Assembly: GCA_902559355.1 (NCBI GenBank)
Contig: CACEHM010000001.1
Coordinates: 145,829-209,828, forward strand
Length of the DNA: 64,000 bases
Source of the DNA: an uncultured Gammaproteobacteria bacterium
Lineage (GTDB): Bacteria; Pseudomonadota; Gammaproteobacteria; GCA-002705445; GCA-002716945
Reading direction: 5' to 3'
Numbering within the stretch: position 1 is the stretch's first letter; each line of letters begins with the position of its first letter. The notes below the pieces were generated by a model. The model saw only the letters and a program-made list of their open reading frames with translations. It did not search any database and had not been told where the DNA came from. This document shows positions 55,564 to 64,000 of the stretch, piece by piece. A program made the position numbers and the translations under genes.

Positions 55564-56569
55564 TTAGTATTTTTTTAATCATAAGTTTTACATCATCTAA
55601 TAATATCAATTTCATTGCCCCTTTATCCCTTACTCGCTCTCCCCATTTCGTGTTTTCTATCGATTTTTTAGAAAACTTAAGAATGGCTTTTTCATACTTG
55701 TCAACCGTGTATTCTAGATTTGAGTAAGGACCTGTTCTTTTAGGATTCGATGTAGCATACAAACCAATGATAGGTAGGGCTAGCATATTTGCCATATGTA
55801 ATGTCCCTGAATCTGGCCCTATATAAAATTTTGACATCTTTAGAACATTGAGCATTTCACCTAAAGATGTTCTATTAATTAGATTCAATGTTTTTGAACT
55901 AACTTTTATATATTTTTTGAAACTATTCTTTCTCTCTTCAGATGTCTTGCCTATAAAGACAGTTTTTATAGAATATTCGTTAAATAAGTACTCTGCAATT
56001 GTACCATAGTTATCATAATCCCATTCTCGATAATTATTTATACGCTCACTGGTAAAAGGATTTATTGTTACAAAAGGACTTAAGTCATTCAGATTATTTT
56101 TATTAATAAAATCGTTATCATTTGTTAGGATTTTATTTGTTTGCCAGTTTAATTCCTTTTTTTGAATATTAATCTTCTCTAAGAATGCGAAAAAATTGTC
56201 CAAGACATGATTATTATTCGTATTGATATCATTGAAAGTGACGTTTATTTTGCCATCAATTATCCTTCCTAGGATTTTAGATCTTAATGATTTTTGCATA
56301 TGAAAAACAACATCAAATTTTTGTTCTTTCAAGTATTTATGCATACCTATAATTGAATCTAGGGTTTTATTTTTATCAATCACTATATAATTAATATTGT
56401 CTAATGTTTTTACCAATTGATATTCTGTCTTACCTATAATCCATGTGATATCACATTTTTTATAGTATTTTTGTAAAGTTGAAACTATAGGAATTATGTG
56501 AGTTATGTCACCTATTGCAGATAATCTTAGAATACAGATAGATATTGATGTATTATTTTCTTTGTTCAT
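55556..56569 (-). CDS. glycosyltransferase family 9 (LPS heptosyltransferase, WaaC/WaaF-like)
   Basis: 337 aa. N-terminal ICILRLSAIGDITHIIPIV (GT9 hallmark) and C-terminal GPDSGTLHMANMLALPIIGLY. Confidence 0.8.
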   Translation of the reverse strand: MNKENNTSISICILRLSAIGDITHIIPIVSTLQKYYKKCDITWIIGKTEYQLVKTLDNINYIVIDKNKTLDSIIGMHKYLKEQKFDVVFHMQKSLRSKILGRIIDGKINVTFNDINTNNNHVLDNFFAFLEKINIQKKELNWQTNKILTNDNDFINKNNLNDLSPFVTINPFTSERINNYREWDYDNYGTIAEYLFNEYSIKTVFIGKTSEERKNSFKKYIKVSSKTLNLINRTSLGEMLNVLKMSKFYIGPDSGTLHMANMLALPIIGLYATSNPKRTGPYSNLEYTVDKYEKAILKFSKKSIENTKWGERVRDKGAMKLILLDDVKLMIKKILIT

Positions 56570-57286
56570 ATGATAAAGACAAAATATAGTTCAATAGTAT
56601 CTCACAAATATAATAATCAGTATATCTGTTACGATTCATCTATCCAACCTATACTTCAAGATCGCATACTATCCTGTTTTACGACTGATGAATTTAGATT
56701 AAATAACACAAGTAATTTTCTTGATTTAAATAATGGACTTATAAAAAAACATTTTTTGAGAAAAGGCGCCATGTCTATATTTGATGACTCTTATTTATAT
56801 TTAGGATTAAATATATCAAGACCTATACGAGAGCTAAAAAATTATATTGATTTCAATCATATATTGAATAATTTAAACAATGAGAGAATTACGGAGACTT
56901 TTGAGTTTTGCTCACCAGTTTTTTCATACGTGCAAAGAAGAGGAATATTTTATACCGGAGATATCATTCTGAGCAAAATTGAAGGAATAACATTAGATAA
57001 ATATATATCAACAAATAATATTAAATCTGAGTTTTATAATGATTTAGCTTTCTGCTTTAAAACACTATTTGATAATGGGATATTTAATATAGACATGAAT
57101 TTAAGGAATATCATTTTTAATATGGAAACACAAAAGATAGCATTTATTGACTTTGATAAACTTATTATTAATCCATCTAAAAAAGGAGATAAAAAAAGTA
57201 CATTAGAAGTTCTATCTAAGTTTAAAAAATCTTTAAATAAATTCAATTTAGATGATAAGTTTGATTGGGATGAGTTTACTAGTTAA
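56570..57286 (+). CDS. kdkA: lipopolysaccharide core kinase, probable 3-deoxy-D-manno-octulosonic acid (Kdo) kinase
   Basis: 238 aa, Kdo/WaaP kinase-like size and composition (YTGDIILSKIEG, NIDMNLRNIIF..IAFIDFDK catalytic loop/DFD). Adjacent and divergent to waaA. Confidence 0.55.
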   Translation: MIKTKYSSIVSHKYNNQYICYDSSIQPILQDRILSCFTTDEFRLNNTSNFLDLNNGLIKKHFLRKGAMSIFDDSYLYLGLNISRPIRELKNYIDFNHILNNLNNERITETFEFCSPVFSYVQRRGIFYTGDIILSKIEGITLDKYISTNNIKSEFYNDLAFCFKTLFDNGIFNIDMNLRNIIFNMETQKIAFIDFDKLIINPSKKGDKKSTLEVLSKFKKSLNKFNLDDKFDWDEFTS

Positions 57287-57288
57287 GT

Positions 57289-58518
57289 TTAACCGTTTAT
57301 ATGTTTTTTAATATATTTAACATAGCTATCCATAATAGACTTCTTAGCTATAACAAGGTTTTTTGCATTCTTTTCAAATATTTCCCTTTTAGATTTTGAC
57401 CTCAATAATTTTTCAAATATATTTTTTAACATTTCTGGTTTTTGGCACATAATTAAGGCATTATTTTTTAAAAATTCCTCTGTCTCTTCTACAAAATTAT
57501 ACATATAGGGGCCTACGATAATTGCTTTTGAGTGAATAGCTGCTTCCATAAATGAATGCCCACCTTGATCTACAAAAGATCCGCCAAAGATTGTGAATTC
57601 TGAGAATTTAATTAAAGAGTCCAACTCACCGATGGTATCAGCAATATATATCTGAGATGAATTTCGTATTTTTTCCTTTTTACTTCTAATGGAGATATTA
57701 ATGCCTGATAAAGGAATATCTGAAAGAATATCTCCGAGCCTTTCAGGATGTCTAGGGGCTATTACCAATAGAAATTTATTTGACTTAAGCTTAAGCCATT
57801 CTTTAATAATGATAATTTCTTCCCTATGATGAGAGGAGGCAAGTAAGATATATTTTTTCTCTACTATTCTTTCGATATCATCATTTTCTTTAATTAATGA
57901 ATATTTAATGTTTCCTAGATTGCTAACTTTATTTGGACTTATATATTTTAAGTATCCGTCTTCATCTTTTTTTGATTTGCAATAAACATGGTCAACTACA
58001 TTTAATGTTTGTTCATATATTTTTTTAGATAGAATACGTAAAATTCCTTTTGGAGCATTAAACCTAGCATTGATAATTAGTATTTTCGTATTATTTTTTT
58101 CACATGAGTTATATAGATTTGGCCAAATCTCGGTTTCAACCACAATGAGTAATCTAGCTGAAATCATTTTTACAAAACTCTTTATTACAAAATAAAAATC
58201 CATAGGTAAGTAGCAATGTGTAATATTCCCTATTTTAGAATCCTCAAAGAGAGTTTTTGATGTGGGAGTATTAGACGTTATTAAAATATCTGTCTGACCA
58301 ATCTTGGTTAGCTCTCTAGATAATTCTATCGCAATTTTCATCTCACCAACAGAAGCTGCATGAATCCATAACTGTTTATGCTTAATACTTTTTGTACCAA
58401 ATAATTTAGTAAATAGATATTCTAAATTTAAAGAATTTCTAAACATATAAATAATTAATCTAATCAGAATAAAAGGGGATAAGAGATATAAAAAAAGATT
58501 ATAAAAAAACATTACCAA
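57289..58518 (-). CDS. waaA: 3-deoxy-D-manno-octulosonic acid transferase
   Basis: 409 aa with N-terminal TM. IHAASVGE and FIGGSFVDQGGHSFMEAA motifs of KdtA/WaaA. Confidence 0.9.
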   Translation of the reverse strand: MVMFFYNLFLYLLSPFILIRLIIYMFRNSLNLEYLFTKLFGTKSIKHKQLWIHAASVGEMKIAIELSRELTKIGQTDILITSNTPTSKTLFEDSKIGNITHCYLPMDFYFVIKSFVKMISARLLIVVETEIWPNLYNSCEKNNTKILIINARFNAPKGILRILSKKIYEQTLNVVDHVYCKSKKDEDGYLKYISPNKVSNLGNIKYSLIKENDDIERIVEKKYILLASSHHREEIIIIKEWLKLKSNKFLLVIAPRHPERLGDILSDIPLSGINISIRSKKEKIRNSSQIYIADTIGELDSLIKFSEFTIFGGSFVDQGGHSFMEAAIHSKAIIVGPYMYNFVEETEEFLKNNALIMCQKPEMLKNIFEKLLRSKSKREIFEKNAKNLVIAKKSIMDSYVKYIKKHING

Positions 58519-59822
58519 ACAAGATAAGTATTAATCTTTCTCAAGTCAGAGTAATTTAATACATTTCTTAAATAATCAAGTGTCATTTCACTATAGATGT
58601 AGTCCATCATTATGTTTTTGCTATTAAATAAAGATTCTTGATATTTTATTCTTGCCCCTAATAATTGAGTGTCTGTATAAATTCCTTTCTCATTACCAAG
58701 TATCGCACTTTTATAAACTCTTAAATCACTATTAGTTAATTGCATTGATAAATCATATCTTTTTTTATTAGTGTTATAAGCATTCAAAGTATCAATAAGG
58801 TCTTTTCTAAGCGATCTCTTAGAGTTCGTATACTCTAGCCGTGCTTTTTTATATTTTAACCTTGCCTCTTTTGTCTTTGATGATTGATATCCTCCATTAT
58901 ATATTGGAAAATTCAATACTAGTGATATAGATGAGTCTTCTCGGGTTGTAGCTCCAAATTGTGAGCCACCCTGCGTGATATCAATATAATCATATTCAGC
59001 TATAAGATCTAATGTTGGGTAATGCTTGGATTTCTGAGATGCAATGTCATTCCTACTTATCTGTATATTTTGTTTTGCTAATTTAATAGAATTATTGTTG
59101 ATGTTAGCTGATTGTATTAATTCTTGAATTTCGTATAAGTGATGATTGAATTCTATAAGCTTTATATCATTGATATCATTTAGCTCTTTACCTGAAAATA
59201 TATATACTTCATTTTTAATTTCTGAAAGAGTGTCTTTGCTGATATTTACTTCAATTAATGATGCATCATAATTATTTTTATGTTTTTCATATTCTTCAAT
59301 TGTTATATTACCGCTATCGTAAAGTTTTTTAGAGGCATTATATTTAGAAAAATTAAATTCTTTTTTTATTTGATTAAGTTCAAATAAGTTTTTCTGTTTT
59401 ATGAGGTTGAAGTAATGCCTAACCGTTTCCAAAATAATAATTGTTTGTGAATCTTTTTCACGAATTTCATTTTCTTTAAGCACACCTTTTGATTTTTTTA
59501 TTTCATCAAAAACATAAAGGTGGAAAAGCGGTTGTTTAATAGATAAATTATATGTATCTCGATCATAATTAGATGGGTCATATGCACCACTTGAATCATA
59601 TCTTTCAATAGTGGTCTCGCTAGCACGGGCAGAAAAATTTATTTCTGGCAACATAGAAGATTGTGTTTGCTTTACAATCTCGTTTGCAATATCTAAGTCT
59701 GTTTTTTTCTGAGATAAATCAATATTATGTTTAAGCGCTCTATCGTATAAATTAATTATATCTGTAGCCCCAACATTAGTTGTGACAGAAAAAAATAATA
59801 AGAATATAAGTAATTTATTCAT
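58512..59822 (-). CDS. tolC: TolC family outer-membrane efflux protein
   Basis: 436 aa with a signal peptide. Two repeated alpha-helical/beta-barrel halves with TolC-like composition (LYDRALKHNIDL..., Q/N/S-rich coiled coils). Confidence 0.8.
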   Translation of the reverse strand: MNKLLIFLLFFSVTTNVGATDIINLYDRALKHNIDLSQKKTDLDIANEIVKQTQSSMLPEINFSARASETTIERYDSSGAYDPSNYDRDTYNLSIKQPLFHLYVFDEIKKSKGVLKENEIREKDSQTIIILETVRHYFNLIKQKNLFELNQIKKEFNFSKYNASKKLYDSGNITIEEYEKHKNNYDASLIEVNISKDTLSEIKNEVYIFSGKELNDINDIKLIEFNHHLYEIQELIQSANINNNSIKLAKQNIQISRNDIASQKSKHYPTLDLIAEYDYIDITQGGSQFGATTREDSSISLVLNFPIYNGGYQSSKTKEARLKYKKARLEYTNSKRSLRKDLIDTLNAYNTNKKRYDLSMQLTNSDLRVYKSAILGNEKGIYTDTQLLGARIKYQESLFNSKNIMMDYIYSEMTLDYLRNVLNYSDLRKINTYLVW

Positions 59823-60142
59823 TTGTATTTTTTAATACTCGAGTCAACATCATCAGACCACTGTTCCATCCCGCCTGATAAATTATATAAATTTGCTTTC
59901 ACACCTTTTTGTTCTAGATAAAGAGCAACTGTTCTACTTCTGATACCATGATGACAAACAATTACGTATTCATTTGTATCACTAAATAGTTCGATGGAGC
60001 TTGGTATTTGGCCCATAGGAATATGTGTGCTATTTTCAATATGACCTCTATCGTATTCCCACTGCTCTCTTACATCGACAATTTTTACAATAGGGTTAGC
60101 TTTTATCATTTCATTCACTTCTTTGGCGCTCTTTTCTTCCAT
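59819..60142 (-). CDS. rhodanese-domain sulfurtransferase
   Basis: 107 aa single rhodanese domain with active-site CHHGIRS. Confidence 0.85.
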   Translation of the reverse strand: MEEKSAKEVNEMIKANPIVKIVDVREQWEYDRGHIENSTHIPMGQIPSSIELFSDTNEYVIVCHHGIRSRTVALYLEQKGVKANLYNLSGGMEQWSDDVDSSIKKYK

Positions 60143-60143
60143 G

Positions 60144-60767
60144 TTAATACCTTATTTGATTTGTTTGAGATGTTACTATATTTTTATACACTCTGTAACC
60201 ATTTCTTGCCTTAGCAATCATAATACCTGTCTTATAGGGAGATTTATATTGATTTATAAAGAAAAAGCTCTTGGTATCTTTCCCTAAGTAGTCAATAAAT
60301 TGTTCGTATGAGTCTATTGAGCAAGTAAATATTACTTTTGTATAGCTACTTAATTGATCTAAGCAATCCAAAATATTTTGGTGATTTAAAACAATCTTAT
60401 TACGATGTTGGCTATATAAATCTAAATTATTTTTTCCATAGCTAAAAAGCTTTGCATCAATCTCATATGATGAAACTATATCTGTTAAATGAGAGATACA
60501 TTCTGTTAGATAACCACTACCAGTCCCAACAATTAAAACATTATCATTTATATTGAAATCCATAGCTTGCATAATTTTTCCCTCACAAGAGGGGGTAAGC
60601 ATAAACTCTCCTGATTCCAAAGGTATAGATAAATCCGTATAAGAGAAACATTTATATTTTTCAGGTAGAAATAAATCTCTTTTGACCTTCTTAATAATGC
60701 TAAGAATTTTTTCATCTAGTATGTCATGACATCTATATATTGGAGTTAGCTTATCTATATTATTCAT
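60144..60767 (-). CDS. pcm: protein-L-isoaspartate O-methyltransferase-like SAM methyltransferase
   Basis: 207 aa with VLIVGTGSGYLTECIS SAM motif. pcm-rhodanese-tolC arrangement recurs in gammaproteobacteria. Confidence 0.7.
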   Translation of the reverse strand: MNNIDKLTPIYRCHDILDEKILSIIKKVKRDLFLPEKYKCFSYTDLSIPLESGEFMLTPSCEGKIMQAMDFNINDNVLIVGTGSGYLTECISHLTDIVSSYEIDAKLFSYGKNNLDLYSQHRNKIVLNHQNILDCLDQLSSYTKVIFTCSIDSYEQFIDYLGKDTKSFFFINQYKSPYKTGIMIAKARNGYRVYKNIVTSQTNQIRY

Positions 60768-60808
60768 TTTATGATTATATATATCTTTGTGTTACTATTA
60801 TAGTGTAG

Positions 60809-62512
<1,704 letters not shown>

Positions 62513-63790
62513 TTATTTTTGCGAAGCTTTAAGAGCTTTATCTAGATCTTCTATAATGTCATCAATATTCTCAAGTCCGATAGAAAGCCTAACTAGATCT
62601 TCTGGAACCCCAGCTGCCTTTAATTCTTTTTTAGACAGTTGTCTATGTGTCGTACTAGCAGGGTGACAAGCAAGGGATTTAGCATCACCAATGTTAACGA
62701 GCCTTGTAATTAGATTAAGGTTGTCAATAAAGACGCCACCCTTTTTCATGCCACCTTTTATCCCAAAACTTAATACACTCGAAGCTTTACCGTTCATAAG
62801 CTTTTGAGTTAATTTATATTCTTTGTGAGACTCAAGACCAGGATAATTTACCCATGTTACACATTTATGATTTTCTAAGAATTTAGCTACCTCTATCGCA
62901 TTTTCACAATGCCTATCCATCCTTACATGGAGAGATTCAATACCTTGTAATATCATAAAACTGTTAAAAGGAGAAATTGCCGCACCCATATTCCTCAGTG
63001 GAACTACTCTAGCCGCTCCAATGAATGCCGCTTCACCCATGGCTTCAGTAAAGACTACTCCATGGTAAGACATGTCTGGAGTATTCAATCTCTTGAATTT
63101 TGTTTTATGTTTTGCCCATGGAAATTTTCCAGAATCTACTATTATTCCGCCAATCGTTGTTCCGTGTCCACCCATATATTTAGTTAGAGAATGAACAACT
63201 ATATCAGCACCATGTTCAATTGGTCTGAATAAATACGGAGACGGTACTGTGTTATCTACAATGAGAGGGATATTATGTTTATGTGCTACTCGAGCTATCT
63301 CTGGTATGTCAACAACATTGGCTGCTGGGTTTCCAATAGATTCACAAAATATAGCTTTAGTATTCTTATCTATTAATTTCTCGAGGCTAGAAATGTCATC
63401 ATGATCCCCAAATTTTACATCAACTCCAAATCTAGGTAATTGATGAGCAAAAAGAGTATATGTTCCACCATATAATGTGCTTGTGCTAATTATATTATCA
63501 CCAGCTTCACAAATCGTCATAATTGCATAAGTTGTAGCAGCTGAGCCTGAGGCTAGTGCTAATGCGCCTATACCACCTTCCATTGCTGCTACCCTTTTTT
63601 CAAGGACATCAGAAGTTGGGTTCATAATTCTTGTATATATATTACCTGCAACTTTTAAGTCAAATAAATCAGCACCGTGTTGAGTATCATCAAACGAGTA
63701 TGAAGTTGTTTGGTATATTGGTACTGCTACAGATTTTGTTGTTGGTTCTGGTGAATATCCACCGTGAATTGCTATTGTTTCAAATTTCAT
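62513..63790 (-). CDS. metY: O-acetylhomoserine aminocarboxypropyltransferase (sulfhydrylase)
   Basis: 425 aa. MKFETIAIHGGYSPEPTTKSVAVPIYQTTSY and the HSLTKYMGGHG PLP-lysine motif. Confidence 0.92.
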   Translation of the reverse strand: MKFETIAIHGGYSPEPTTKSVAVPIYQTTSYSFDDTQHGADLFDLKVAGNIYTRIMNPTSDVLEKRVAAMEGGIGALALASGSAATTYAIMTICEAGDNIISTSTLYGGTYTLFAHQLPRFGVDVKFGDHDDISSLEKLIDKNTKAIFCESIGNPAANVVDIPEIARVAHKHNIPLIVDNTVPSPYLFRPIEHGADIVVHSLTKYMGGHGTTIGGIIVDSGKFPWAKHKTKFKRLNTPDMSYHGVVFTEAMGEAAFIGAARVVPLRNMGAAISPFNSFMILQGIESLHVRMDRHCENAIEVAKFLENHKCVTWVNYPGLESHKEYKLTQKLMNGKASSVLSFGIKGGMKKGGVFIDNLNLITRLVNIGDAKSLACHPASTTHRQLSKKELKAAGVPEDLVRLSIGLENIDDIIEDLDKALKASQK

Positions 63791-64000
63791 TACTCGAGCC
63801 CCTTTATTTACTTCCCTTACAGTCTATAAGATTAGCTCTATATTATCTATCAAAAATATCATATTGAATAGAAAGAGATTTATCATCTTTAAGGGTGAAG
63901 CCCAGCCCAAGCAGCCTAATCGGTTTAATCGGGCTATTAATATTATTATTTAATAGTTGAATATAACTCTTAAGATTTAGAGTGTTGCATTTGGACTGTC

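Overview
This 64 kb window is an AT-rich (roughly one-third GC by eye), very gene-dense stretch of a gammaproteobacterial chromosome. It has about 75 supported features, many with 1-20 bp gaps or small overlaps. I found no rRNA, tRNA, CRISPR, transposase or prophage signal. Most genes are housekeeping and recognisable from sequence motifs:

- Biosynthesis and translation: aroB/aroK, hemE, a GltD-like gene, rpsU, tsaD, plsY, a bioH-like/bioC pair, rsmD, coaD, rho, trxA, folB/folK, rpmB-rpmG, mutM.
- Metabolism and envelope: purD/purH, fis, accB/accC, aroQ, dsbD, an FbpABC iron transporter, ilvE, an LPS-core cluster (split hldE, a GT9 heptosyltransferase, kdkA-like, waaA), tolC, rhodanese, pcm, thiC, metY.
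- Stress response: rpoH is present, and groES/groEL sit behind a readable sigma-32 promoter with a clean intrinsic terminator after groEL.

Two respiratory/energy modules stand out:

1. An aa3-type cytochrome c oxidase cluster: coxB-coxA-ctaG-coxC-(small antisense 2-TM ORF)-surf1-(CxxxC periplasmic protein)-ctaA-[~450 bp insertion]-ctaB.
2. A dissimilatory sulfur-oxidation module, sat-aprM-aprB-aprA (ATP sulfurylase plus membrane-anchored APS reductase). Two unassignable proteins are attached to it: a 638-aa cytoplasmic protein transcribed divergently from sat, and a 117-aa protein translationally coupled to aprA.

This gene content, plus Pseudomonas-like synteny (dsbD-aroQ-accBC...fis-purH-purD with prmA/dusB missing), suggests a reduced-genome autotrophic sulfur oxidiser of the SUP05 / Thioglobus / vesicomyid-symbiont type. 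That is an inference, not a measurement.

The most novel-looking things are: (i) the insertion between ctaA and ctaB, flanked by a ~40 bp imperfect duplication of the ctaA 3' end and carrying two tiny single-TM ORFs; (ii) the orphan 638-aa protein next to sat; (iii) the extended operon tail after aprA.
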